45,703 nucleotides of DNA from Flavobacterium sp. (GTDB lineage: Bacteria; Bacteroidota; Bacteroidia; Flavobacteriales; Flavobacteriaceae). The stretch spans positions 1 to 45,703 of the forward strand of contig JBKBOP010000001.1 in NCBI GenBank assembly GCA_046293575.1. The letters are read 5' to 3'. The notes below the pieces were generated by a model. That model made no database searches and was not told the origin of the DNA. It saw only the letters and a list, made by a program, of their open reading frames with translations. Position numbers and translations under genes: made by a program. Positions 16,838 through 26,928 of this stretch are shown one piece after another (within the stretch, counting starts at the first letter, position 1; every line of letters starts with the position of its first letter).

Positions 16838-19114
16838 ATGAAATTGCAGTTACTACCGCTTTATTTTTTTCTCTTTTTCGGAAGTATTTTTTCCATAAAA
16901 GCTCAGTATATTGAGGTCGATGACACATACAATGCTCAGCAATTGGTGGAAGATGTGTTAGTAAATAGTCCTTGTGCTCAGGTTTCAAATTTTACCGTCA
17001 ATGGCTGGGATTATGGCAATGGCAATAAAAGTTATGGATATTTTAATCGAGGTAGTAGTAATTTCCCGTTTGAAGAGGGAGTTTTAATCACCTCCGGAAG
17101 AGCCGTTTTTGCTATTGGCCCTAATGATTCTTTACAAAGCGAAGGTCCAGTTGAATGGGGAGGCGATGCTGATTTAGAGCAAGCCATAGGTGAAAGCAAC
17201 ACCATTAACGCTTCAGTTTTAGAATTTGATTTTTTGCCCATTGCCAACAAAATGAGTTTTGAATATATTTTTTCGTCAGAGCAATACCTCTCCAACCCCA
17301 ATCCCAATCAGTGTTTTTTTTCAGATGGTTTTGCTTTTTTACTTCGTGAAGCAAATCCACCCACGGAATATGAAAATCTAGCCGTGGTTCCGGGAACTAA
17401 TATTCCCGTAAAAGTTACTACTGTGAGAGGCTCAGGAACAATTTGTCAACCCGCCAACGAACAGTTTTTTGACGCTTTTAATGGAGTAGAACACCCAACT
17501 AATTTTAACGGTCAAACGGTTATCCTAAAAGCAGAAGCAACGGTCACCCCCGGGGTGTTGTATCATCTAAAACTGGTTGTAGCCGATCAAGGTAATCGAC
17601 TCTATGACTCAGGGATATTTTTGGGAGGGGGTTCTTTTAAAGTAGAGATTGATTTAGGAACTGATCGAATTGTAACAAACGGAAATCCTTTGTGTGAAGG
17701 AGACATCTACACACTCGATGCCACTCAACCCGGCAACAACTCATATCAATGGTTTTTCAATGGAAACCTTGTCAACGGTGCTACTAATCCCACTTATGAA
17801 GTTTCTACTTCTGGAACTTACAGCGTGATTGTACTCCTTGAAAATAGTAGTTGTGAGGCCATTGGCTCTGTTGAAATCGAATTCGTATCGGTTCCCGATG
17901 ATCAAACCACTCAACTCATTTCATGCGAAATCAATGGAAGCGGTCAAGCCAACTACAATTTGTTAGATTTGAATCCTCTTCTCATTGGTAATGACAACTC
18001 TCTAATCATTTCCTATTATGCTCAATTGAATGATGCTCTAAATCAAACCAACCCCATCTCACAACCCAATTCATATTTAGCAAATCCAGGAATTGTATAT
18101 GGAGTGGTTAAAAACAATTTTGGGTGTCGAAATTTGATCACCATTTCATTAGAGTTTTCAAACAATTCATTAAACATTGATCCGCTACCTGTTTTTTGCG
18201 ATGACTTTGGAAATACAACAGACGGAATTAGAGTTTTTAATTTTATGAATGAAATTTCGCCTGTTATTGAAAATCAACTTGGCTTGGGGTATACTTTTCA
18301 ATATTTTTTAGATAGCTCATTAAGTGTTTTATTACCAAACTCATATCAAAATGAAGTTCCAAATCTGCAAACGATTTATGTCAAAGTTTCAGAAGGGATT
18401 AATTGTATTGACATTATAGCTCTTAATTTAGAAGTTTTTGCTTTTGATGAAGAACCCGGAACAAGTAGCATTGGATTTTGCGAAGGCAATCCTGTAACCT
18501 TAACAGCTCCCTTCGATTCTGGTAGCTACCTTTGGAGCACGGGTGAGACGACTCAATTAATAATAGTAACATCATCTGGTACTTATCAAGTAGAAATAAC
18601 CTCACCACAAAATTGTAGTCAAACACAAACCTATGTGGTTACTGCCGGAATAACCCCTCAATCAGCACAAGTTATTGTCAAAGATTTTTCTGGAAATCAA
18701 AACTCCATTGAGATTATTGTGAGTCCGCCTGGAAATTATACTTATTCAATCGACGGATTGATTTTTCAAGATTCAAATATATTTATGAACCTTCCCACCG
18801 GAGATTACCAAATCACGATTCAAAGTGTATGTGGACAATTGACGGTTCCAGCAATCATTCTTGATTATCCAAGATTTTTTACGCCCAATGCTGATGGATA
18901 CAATGACACTTGGAGAATTAAAGAGTTGAATCAGTCCAATGCAAGAGTATCTATTTTTAATAGATATGGACAACTGTTAAAAGTCATACAACCTTCAGAC
19001 AAGGGTTGGGACGGCACACGCCTCGGAAAACCTCTACCATCAGATGATTACTGGTTTGTCTTACAATTAGAAGATGGAAGGGAAATAAAAGGTCACTTTG
19101 CCTTAAAAAGATAA
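16838..19114 (+). CDS. T9SS type-B sorting-domain surface protein with choice-of-anchor L-like N-domain
   Basis: Signal peptide; LEFDF..F.Y.FSSE.Y, FSDGFAF, NFNGQT, VADQG...DSGIFL; CTD PRFFTPNADGYNDTW..IFNRYG..WDG..DDYWF..GHFALKR. Confidence 0.9.
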   Translation: MKLQLLPLYFFLFFGSIFSIKAQYIEVDDTYNAQQLVEDVLVNSPCAQVSNFTVNGWDYGNGNKSYGYFNRGSSNFPFEEGVLITSGRAVFAIGPNDSLQSEGPVEWGGDADLEQAIGESNTINASVLEFDFLPIANKMSFEYIFSSEQYLSNPNPNQCFFSDGFAFLLREANPPTEYENLAVVPGTNIPVKVTTVRGSGTICQPANEQFFDAFNGVEHPTNFNGQTVILKAEATVTPGVLYHLKLVVADQGNRLYDSGIFLGGGSFKVEIDLGTDRIVTNGNPLCEGDIYTLDATQPGNNSYQWFFNGNLVNGATNPTYEVSTSGTYSVIVLLENSSCEAIGSVEIEFVSVPDDQTTQLISCEINGSGQANYNLLDLNPLLIGNDNSLIISYYAQLNDALNQTNPISQPNSYLANPGIVYGVVKNNFGCRNLITISLEFSNNSLNIDPLPVFCDDFGNTTDGIRVFNFMNEISPVIENQLGLGYTFQYFLDSSLSVLLPNSYQNEVPNLQTIYVKVSEGINCIDIIALNLEVFAFDEEPGTSSIGFCEGNPVTLTAPFDSGSYLWSTGETTQLIIVTSSGTYQVEITSPQNCSQTQTYVVTAGITPQSAQVIVKDFSGNQNSIEIIVSPPGNYTYSIDGLIFQDSNIFMNLPTGDYQITIQSVCGQLTVPAIILDYPRFFTPNADGYNDTWRIKELNQSNARVSIFNRYGQLLKVIQPSDKGWDGTRLGKPLPSDDYWFVLQLEDGREIKGHFALKR

Positions 19115-19146
19115 ATTCCTATATTTGGTTCCCTTTAGAAATTTCC

Positions 19147-22100
19147 ATGAAAAGAATTATCCTATTTATATTCTGTTTTATTGCATTTAGTACTCAAGCC
19201 CAGTTCAGTAAGACCCACTATATTCCACCACTATCTGGTTCTGAAAGTCAGCCAGCTCAGGGGCAGTATATGTACATTTCTTCTCCCAGCTTGACGCCTG
19301 TAAATTTCACTATTTCTTCCATTGGAGGGGGTATGGTTAGTGGAACCGTTTCTCGTGATGCCCCTTTTGTGTATAATATTGGATTTGGTTTAAATACTCA
19401 ACTCCATATCCCTAGAGCTCAAGTGAATAGCGTTCTTAACAACAAAGGATTTATTGTTGAGGCAGAAGATCAAGTATATGTTGGTGTTAGAATGACCGCC
19501 ACTCCTGATCATTTTCAAGCAAGCGGATTAGTATCAAAAGGATTAGCGGCACTTGGAACAGATTTTAGAATTGGAGCGTTTGTAAATACCGGAATCCCTG
19601 CGATTAGCAACATCCATTACACCTTTGTTTCAGTATTAGCAACCGAAAATAATACAATTGTCAACTTTTCAGATATCAAACCTGGTGTAACCCTTATAAA
19701 TTCTGGTGGTGGAAACATGGTTATGCCTATCATTTTAAATAGAGGACAAAGCATTACTCTTGCTGTGGAAGGTCCCAACAATGCCAACCGAGATGGACTC
19801 ATTGGGGCAAGAGTGCAATCAGATAAACCCGTGGCGGTTAACTGTGGGTCATTTTGTGGTACTAACGGAAACAATCCCAACAATCTTGATATGGGTTTAG
19901 ACCAGATTGTTCCAGCAGATAGAGTAGGTAATGAATACATATTCGTTAGGGGGTTTGGTGAAAATGTTATAGAAAGAGTCCTTTTAGTGGCCCATGAAAA
20001 CAATACCCAAATCTTTTTAAATGGTGATCTAATTACTCCTGCCTTTGTTATTGATGCGGGTCAATATGTGGCTTTGGATGGTAGTGCTTTTAGTTTCAAC
20101 AATAATTTATATGTACAGTCTTCCAAAAACATTTTTGCATACCAAGGAGTGGGCGGAAGTTCCCAAGCCAATCAAGAAATGTACTTTGTTCCACCCTTGA
20201 GTTGTCAGACTCCAAGAATCATCAATAATATCCCTCTTTTAGAAAGAATTGGCCCACTTTCTTTCACAGGAAACAGAGGTGTAAATCTTGTTACTAAAAC
20301 GGGTTCAAGTATAGATTTAATTATTAATGGTGTTGATTACTCAATTTTTACCCCTCCTTTTGGTGTATTAGTTCAAGGACCTTTACCCATTACTGGTACT
20401 GACGAATATGTGACCTATCAAATTACAGGGCTTACTGGAAATGTATCTGTATTTTCGTCAAGTCAACTCTACTTATCTTATTTTGGTTCGAGTGGTGCAG
20501 CCACTTATGGAGGTTATTACTCTGGCTTTACATTTAAACCTGAGGTCAACTTCAACAGAGTGGATGTTGCTGCTGATAATTGTATTCCCAACATCAATCT
20601 TGGAATTAACTCCCTTTCTCCTTTCGATACCTACCAATGGTACTTTAATGACGAGGAAATTGCTGGTGCCAATGGACCAACCTATACACCTACACAGCCC
20701 GGTTACTACTTTTTGAGAGCGACCATTGCAGAATGTGGTACTGAACTTCAATCTGATAGAATTCCTGTGAGTGCCTGTCCCGGAGATATGGATAACGATG
20801 GGGTGAATGATAATATCGATTTAGATAATGACAATGACGGTTTGACCAATTGTGAAGAATCTTTTGGGAATCTGCCCTTGAATTTATCAAACCAACTGAG
20901 TGGTGTTATGGCTTTGGAAACCTATACAAACTCCTTCACGGGTTCAGTTACAACTACCAACAACGGAAACGAAGCTCCTATTCCTTTTACTGGTTTTGCT
21001 AATGGAAATTTTACATCGCAAACAGCACCGGGTCCCAATAGCACTGTAGATTATGAAATGAATTTTGACATTCCTGTTAGTATAGAAATTAAATATATTG
21101 ATGAAAATGCAACCTCTGCTCCATTTTCTTCCAACACTGAATATATTATTTCTGTACCACCCGATAAAACATTGACGATATTGAATCCTGACGGACAATT
21201 GTTAATTGACACCAATTATGACGGTATTTATGAAAATGATGTCTTGGAATTTTCTTCTTTCGAATTAAGATTTAGATTAAGTAGTGGAAACGCCTTAGCC
21301 CCAGGTACGGGAACTTTCAAAATCAGAACATACCTCACTGAAAGAATTATCATAACACATAAAAATATACAAGATTTTGCTGCAAATTCTTCATTAAATA
21401 TTATTGCAACCTGTGTTCCAAAAGATTCAGATGGTGATGGTATTCCTGACCAAATTGACTGGGATAGCGACAATGATGGCATACCCGATATTATAGAAGC
21501 TCAAGGCAATAATTTTATTGCCTATGAACCCAATGATGAAAATAGAGATGGCATCAGTGATGTTTTTGGTGCAGGACTTACCCCATTTGATAATGATGGT
21601 GATGGAGTGCCTGACTATCTAGATTTAGATAGTGATAATGATGGTAATTTTGATGTCTATGAATCCGGCTCAGGGATAACAAACATCACACCCAACGGAA
21701 GAATAAACGGTACTCCTGCTCAATTTGGCGTCAATGGACTATTCAACAACCTTGAGACTACACCTGACTCTGGAATACTAAACTATACTATAGCTGATAC
21801 AAACGGAGATGGTGTTCCCAATTTCAGATCTTTAGACAGTGATGGTGACGGTTGTTTTGACGTTATAGAAGCAGGTTTTATCGATCCTGATGGCAATGGA
21901 TTACTGGGAACCGGAACTCCTTCCGTCAATGAACTAGGACTGGTCACAGGAACCGGATCTGGTTATTCTTTACCCAACAACAACTATATAATTCCTGCAC
22001 CCATTGAAATAACAGAACAACCTCAAGACGAGTTTGTGTGTTTGTTTCAAACCGTCCTTTTCACCCTTGAAGCCACTATTTCCGATGCATACCAATGGCA

Positions 22101-24210
22101 ATTGAGTTCCAATAATGGACTTAACTGGAGTGATTTAAGCAATAATGATATGTATGCTGGTGTGGATACAGTGACCCTTCAAATTAGTGGTGTACTAGAA
22201 AACATGGATGGTTACTTATATCGCGTTATTCTCAACAGAGATGGCAATAGTTGTGATGAAATATCTGAAGCAGCTAGATTAACCGTGTATCCATTACCTA
22301 TTTTGAACACCCCCATTTCATTGGTTCAGTGCGATGATGATCTAGATGGAATTTCGGCGGTTAATCTTACTCAGAAAAACAATGACATTTCTGCTAATTT
22401 TGAAAATGAAGTGTTTACCTATTTCACTTCACTAGAAGGGGCTGAAAATAATGACCCCGCTTTTTTAATTAATGATCCTATTGCTTATATAACTTCAAAT
22501 ACTACCGTTTGGGTGAAGGTTACCAATGATGATGGTTGTTTTACTGTAGGTGTTATAAATGTGTTTGTATCTGCAACCCAAATCCCACCGACTTTTCTGA
22601 GAACTTTTGCTCAATGTGATGATTTTATCGACGTTGCAAATGACGATCGTGACGGTATTGCAACGTTTGATTTTAGCTCAGTAACCGCTGATCTCACAGC
22701 TATTATTCCCGCGGGAACTCCGTTTGTAATTCAGTATTACAGAACACTTGAAGAGGCCTTAGCAGAGACCGATGCAGATGGAAATAGTTTAACAATTGAC
22801 CCATCCAATTATAGAAATGAAGGATTCCCAGGATTTCAACAAATCTGGGTAAGAGTGGAAAGTGAATTAGATAATTCATGTTTTGGACTTGGACCTTACA
22901 TAGAGCTAACTGTTGAAGCTTTACCTACTGCTAACGAAGTACCCGAGTACAAAAGCTGTGATGATGATTTTGACGGACTCTTTGCTTTTGACACTTCACT
23001 CATCAATGCACAGCTTTTAGACGGTCAGAGTCCATCAGATATAAATATAACCTTCACCACCTCTGAAGGAACGGTGTATAACAATGCCTTACCTAATCCA
23101 TTTCTAACAAGTTCTCAAACGGTTATAGCAACTTTAACAAATGCAATAACCAATGCTCCTGACGGTCCTTGTTTTGAAGAAACCATCATTACGTTTACAG
23201 TAGATGTGAGACCCCGAGCTTCCACTGTCAATGTTCCTGCGGCGTGTGATAACGATGGTATTGAAGATGGATTTTTCGCATTTGACACCACTACCATTGA
23301 AAACCAATTATTAAATGGTCAAACGGGAATGGTAGTCACCTATTTTGACGAAAATAATAATACCCTACCTTCGCCTCTCCCCAATCCATTTGTGAGCAGT
23401 AATCAAATCATTACAGCAGTGGTCACCAACCCTTTGAATGATACTTGCCCTGCGACAACTACCATAGAATTTATTGTAAATCAACTACCACAACTGGATG
23501 ATGATTATTCAGAAATCATTTGTTTTGGATTGGATGAAGTGACTATTAATGCTGGGCTACTTCAAGGAAATATTTCAGACTTTACCTATCAATGGTTTAG
23601 AAATGGTATTCCCATTGACAATGCTCTAGCATATCAAATTACAGTGGATGAAAATGGTGAATTTACTGTTGAAGTTACTTCACTTGAAGGATGTGTACAA
23701 ACGAGAACTATTGAAGTAATCTACTCTCAAGCTGCGATTTTAGAGGATTTTATTGTGGGTGATTTATCTGACGATAACAGTATCACCATCAATGTTTCTG
23801 GCTATGGAATTTATGAATACTCTATTGGGTATCTTGAGGGTCCTTATCAATCCTCCAATACTTTTGTAAATGTACCTGCTGGTGTCTATGAAATATTTAT
23901 AAATGATACCCAAGGTTGCGGCGTTGTTTCTACAACAGTGTATGTGCTTGGAATTCCAAAATTCTTTACACCCAATGGTGACAGCTTCAACGACACTTGG
24001 AATATTCAAGGAGTGGATCCAGCTGTTAATGCTAATAGCCGAATACTCATATTTGATCGTTATGGAAAATTACTGAAACAAATCTCTCCGCAAGGTGATG
24101 GTTGGGATGGTACTTACCAAGGACGACCCCTTCCCACCGATGATTATTGGTATACCATTGAATTTGGTGACGGAAGAAGTGTAAAAGGCCATTTTACATT
24201 AAAGCGATAA
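19147..24210 (+). CDS. Large T9SS type-B adhesin-like protein (IgGFc-binding-like N-region, Ca-binding TSP3-like repeats, Ig-like repeats)
   Basis: Signal peptide; repeated DxDxDGxxDxxDxDxDNDG motifs; CDD..DG..FD repeats; CTD PKFFTPNGDSFNDTW..GHFTLKR. Confidence 0.9.
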   Translation: MKRIILFIFCFIAFSTQAQFSKTHYIPPLSGSESQPAQGQYMYISSPSLTPVNFTISSIGGGMVSGTVSRDAPFVYNIGFGLNTQLHIPRAQVNSVLNNKGFIVEAEDQVYVGVRMTATPDHFQASGLVSKGLAALGTDFRIGAFVNTGIPAISNIHYTFVSVLATENNTIVNFSDIKPGVTLINSGGGNMVMPIILNRGQSITLAVEGPNNANRDGLIGARVQSDKPVAVNCGSFCGTNGNNPNNLDMGLDQIVPADRVGNEYIFVRGFGENVIERVLLVAHENNTQIFLNGDLITPAFVIDAGQYVALDGSAFSFNNNLYVQSSKNIFAYQGVGGSSQANQEMYFVPPLSCQTPRIINNIPLLERIGPLSFTGNRGVNLVTKTGSSIDLIINGVDYSIFTPPFGVLVQGPLPITGTDEYVTYQITGLTGNVSVFSSSQLYLSYFGSSGAATYGGYYSGFTFKPEVNFNRVDVAADNCIPNINLGINSLSPFDTYQWYFNDEEIAGANGPTYTPTQPGYYFLRATIAECGTELQSDRIPVSACPGDMDNDGVNDNIDLDNDNDGLTNCEESFGNLPLNLSNQLSGVMALETYTNSFTGSVTTTNNGNEAPIPFTGFANGNFTSQTAPGPNSTVDYEMNFDIPVSIEIKYIDENATSAPFSSNTEYIISVPPDKTLTILNPDGQLLIDTNYDGIYENDVLEFSSFELRFRLSSGNALAPGTGTFKIRTYLTERIIITHKNIQDFAANSSLNIIATCVPKDSDGDGIPDQIDWDSDNDGIPDIIEAQGNNFIAYEPNDENRDGISDVFGAGLTPFDNDGDGVPDYLDLDSDNDGNFDVYESGSGITNITPNGRINGTPAQFGVNGLFNNLETTPDSGILNYTIADTNGDGVPNFRSLDSDGDGCFDVIEAGFIDPDGNGLLGTGTPSVNELGLVTGTGSGYSLPNNNYIIPAPIEITEQPQDEFVCLFQTVLFTLEATISDAYQWQLSSNNGLNWSDLSNNDMYAGVDTVTLQISGVLENMDGYLYRVILNRDGNSCDEISEAARLTVYPLPILNTPISLVQCDDDLDGISAVNLTQKNNDISANFENEVFTYFTSLEGAENNDPAFLINDPIAYITSNTTVWVKVTNDDGCFTVGVINVFVSATQIPPTFLRTFAQCDDFIDVANDDRDGIATFDFSSVTADLTAIIPAGTPFVIQYYRTLEEALAETDADGNSLTIDPSNYRNEGFPGFQQIWVRVESELDNSCFGLGPYIELTVEALPTANEVPEYKSCDDDFDGLFAFDTSLINAQLLDGQSPSDINITFTTSEGTVYNNALPNPFLTSSQTVIATLTNAITNAPDGPCFEETIITFTVDVRPRASTVNVPAACDNDGIEDGFFAFDTTTIENQLLNGQTGMVVTYFDENNNTLPSPLPNPFVSSNQIITAVVTNPLNDTCPATTTIEFIVNQLPQLDDDYSEIICFGLDEVTINAGLLQGNISDFTYQWFRNGIPIDNALAYQITVDENGEFTVEVTSLEGCVQTRTIEVIYSQAAILEDFIVGDLSDDNSITINVSGYGIYEYSIGYLEGPYQSSNTFVNVPAGVYEIFINDTQGCGVVSTTVYVLGIPKFFTPNGDSFNDTWNIQGVDPAVNANSRILIFDRYGKLLKQISPQGDGWDGTYQGRPLPTDDYWYTIEFGDGRSVKGHFTLKR

Positions 24211-24213
24211 AGG

Positions 24214-25131
24214 ATGAGGAGTTTCATGTTTTCATTATTATTTCTTTTCCTCGCACTTAGTCTTAAGGCTCAATTACCAATAGCCGACAAAGGAAAACTT
24301 GTACACCATGAAAACTTTCCATCTAAATTTATCCCGTCCAGAACGATCAGTGTATGGTTGCCAAAAGACTACCAATTAAATAAAAAATATGCTGTTTTGT
24401 ATATGCATGACGGACAAATGTTATTTGATGCTTCAATCACTTGGAATCAACAAGAATGGGGTGTAGATAAAGCCATGGACAGTCTACTTTCTCAAAATAA
24501 AATACGAAATACGATTGTAGTGGGTATTTGGAATATCCCTCAAAGAAGACATCAGGAATACTTTCCTCAGAAACCTTTTGAAAATCTAGACAAAGCCGAA
24601 AAAGAATTTGTTCACCAATCACTTAAGTCAGCAGGAAGAACTCAGGAAACTTTCCAACCAGTTTCTGATGAATATTTGAAATTTATAGTTACAGAATTAA
24701 AGCCTTTTATTGATAGTAATTATGCTACTTTAACAAACAGAGACAATACTTTTGTGGCTGGTTCAAGTATGGGCGGATTAATTTCTTTGTATGCTCTTTG
24801 TGAATACCCCGAAATATTTGGGGGAGCTGCTTGTCTTTCAACCCACTGGCCAGGCATATTTGATGTAGAAAACAATCCAATTCCAAAAGCATTTAACCAT
24901 TACCTCAAAAAAAATCTACCAAAACCTGGAAACCATAAAATGTATTTTGATTACGGAACGGAGACGCTGGATGCGTTGTACCCTCCTTTGCAAAAAGAGG
25001 TAGATAAAATACTAACTGTTTTGGGTTATACAGGAAATCATTGGAAAACCCTTGAATTTAAAGGTGCTGATCATTCTGAGAAAGCATGGAAATCAAGACT
25101 TCAAATCCCTTTATTTTTTATTCTCAATTGA
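24214..25131 (+). CDS. Exported alpha/beta hydrolase (putative esterase)
   Basis: VLYMHDGQMLFD, GSSMGG nucleophile elbow, DYGT, HSEKAW. Confidence 0.88.
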   Translation: MRSFMFSLLFLFLALSLKAQLPIADKGKLVHHENFPSKFIPSRTISVWLPKDYQLNKKYAVLYMHDGQMLFDASITWNQQEWGVDKAMDSLLSQNKIRNTIVVGIWNIPQRRHQEYFPQKPFENLDKAEKEFVHQSLKSAGRTQETFQPVSDEYLKFIVTELKPFIDSNYATLTNRDNTFVAGSSMGGLISLYALCEYPEIFGGAACLSTHWPGIFDVENNPIPKAFNHYLKKNLPKPGNHKMYFDYGTETLDALYPPLQKEVDKILTVLGYTGNHWKTLEFKGADHSEKAWKSRLQIPLFFILN

Positions 25132-25200
25132 ATTCATGTAAAAGTTTTACTAATTCTTACTTTTTTTTCCTACTTTAGAGGCAAGGTAAAACATTGGGGA

Positions 25201-26898
25201 ATGAAAACTAAGTACTATTTTAAAATCGTTGTTGTATTTTCGACGCTATTTATTGTTGAAAATCATAATGCACAAGTAACTACTCCATTTGAAGTTCGAT
25301 ATGAATCTTATATTCAAGGAAATGTTACTATGATATCCAATCAAATTCTCAATAGGAAATCTGGAAGGACAGATGCTAACTCACCCTACAATGACAGAAC
25401 GGATAAGTCAAAATTAAATGATGAATTTGAAATGGCTTATATCGACATTGACGACAACCCTGACACCTTTAGTTCAAGCGAAGCTTCTTTACAATTAAAA
25501 GAAGTTGCCAATAAAAAAATAGTCTATGCAGGTTTATATTGGTCTGCCACTTACCCATACAATAGTGGTAAAAGAGACCAATTTTGGGAGTTTAAAGCTA
25601 TTGATTCCAAGAGAGAACCAGTTGAAAACATTTTATTAAAACTTCCCGAAGCTGACACCTATCTAGAAATTAAAGGCAGCCTGCTTTTTGATGGAATAAA
25701 AAATCCTATGTTAAAAAAGACAGCTCCCTATGTAGCTTATGCAGATATTACAAGTTTAGTGCAATCATTATCAACTCCAAATGGCAGTTATACCATTGCA
25801 AATATCCGAGCTACACAAGGCAAAATCTCCGGGGGGAGTGCTGCTGGATGGATGATTTATTTTGTCTATGAAGATCCAATGGAAACACACAAATTTGTTG
25901 TAAGTTATGACGGTTTTGCCGGTATTACGGCTCGTCCTCATGAAGTTGATTTTAGTGGTTTTAGAGTTTTACCAAATGGCAACATCCATGCTCAACTAGG
26001 CATTGCAGCACTAGAAGGAGATTTAACATTAGATGGAGATCAACTGGAAATCAAAAGTGATACTTCAAGTGATTATGTATCCATTGAGCATCCCTTGAAA
26101 CCTAAACAAAATTTTTTTAATAGTTCTTTAGTCCTTCACAACAATTACTTTGAAGATCGCAAACCTGCAAGTCTAAACACGTTGGGTTTTGACACCGCTC
26201 TTTTTGAACTTGAAAATTCTGAAAATATATTAATTAATAATCAAACGCAAAAAGTAACTTTAAAACTCAAAACCAACGGAGACAATTACCATTTTTTCTG
26301 GACCGCTTTTACTGTTGAATCCGAGCCTTTACAGATTAAAGAGGAACCCACAATTATGGCTATTTTAGAATTAAATATGACTTATGCAATTATCGATTCC
26401 ACTGCGAATGTCACACTTGAAAAGCAAGAATCTACCGAACTCAAAAGACAACAAATGCATAAAGAGCGTGAGGAAAGTGTGCTTACTAGAAAAGAAAAAT
26501 TTATTTCAAAGATAGAAATGACGACTGCTAGTGAATTGTCAAAATCAACTGCTTCATCTCAACGTAAAGTAGCTCTACCTGGAGAGAACTTTATTATTCC
26601 ACAACAAAAAAAAGGATATTATGTCGTGGCCAATGTTTTTGCAAAACCGAGAAATGCTGAACGTTTTACGGCACATTTAAAAAGTCTTGGTATTGCCGCT
26701 GACTACTTTATCAATCCCCAGAATAATTATCGGTATGTATATGTTTCTTATTCTGAAAATTGGGAGGAAGCTTTGAATGTATATTATTCAGATGTGAATG
26801 GTAACTATAGTGGTGAAATGTGGATTATGATTGTCAATACGGAACTTCAAAATGACTCTATTGTGTTATCTTCCAAGCAACGGAAAGACTTAAAATAA
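25201..26898 (+). CDS. Exported hypothetical protein: adhesin-like N-domain plus C-terminal SPOR-like domain
   Basis: Signal peptide; MAYIDIDD..TFSSS, YAGLYWSA, AALEGD, TLGFD; C-terminal GYYVVANVF..NA.RF...L...G..A.YF.NP.NNY.YVY. Confidence 0.65.
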   Translation: MKTKYYFKIVVVFSTLFIVENHNAQVTTPFEVRYESYIQGNVTMISNQILNRKSGRTDANSPYNDRTDKSKLNDEFEMAYIDIDDNPDTFSSSEASLQLKEVANKKIVYAGLYWSATYPYNSGKRDQFWEFKAIDSKREPVENILLKLPEADTYLEIKGSLLFDGIKNPMLKKTAPYVAYADITSLVQSLSTPNGSYTIANIRATQGKISGGSAAGWMIYFVYEDPMETHKFVVSYDGFAGITARPHEVDFSGFRVLPNGNIHAQLGIAALEGDLTLDGDQLEIKSDTSSDYVSIEHPLKPKQNFFNSSLVLHNNYFEDRKPASLNTLGFDTALFELENSENILINNQTQKVTLKLKTNGDNYHFFWTAFTVESEPLQIKEEPTIMAILELNMTYAIIDSTANVTLEKQESTELKRQQMHKEREESVLTRKEKFISKIEMTTASELSKSTASSQRKVALPGENFIIPQQKKGYYVVANVFAKPRNAERFTAHLKSLGIAADYFINPQNNYRYVYVSYSENWEEALNVYYSDVNGNYSGEMWIMIVNTELQNDSIVLSSKQRKDLK

Positions 26899-26928
26899 AA
26901 AAAACCGCCTCATCGGCGGTTTTTTTAT
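26897..26928. terminator. Bidirectional intrinsic terminator between convergent genes
   Basis: A-run-CCGCC-TCATC-GGCGG-T-run. Confidence 0.9.

Noticed and set aside
20785-21870. Repetitive GAT/GAC/GGT-rich DNA
   Set aside because: Explained by Asp/Gly-rich calcium-binding repeats in the adhesin protein.
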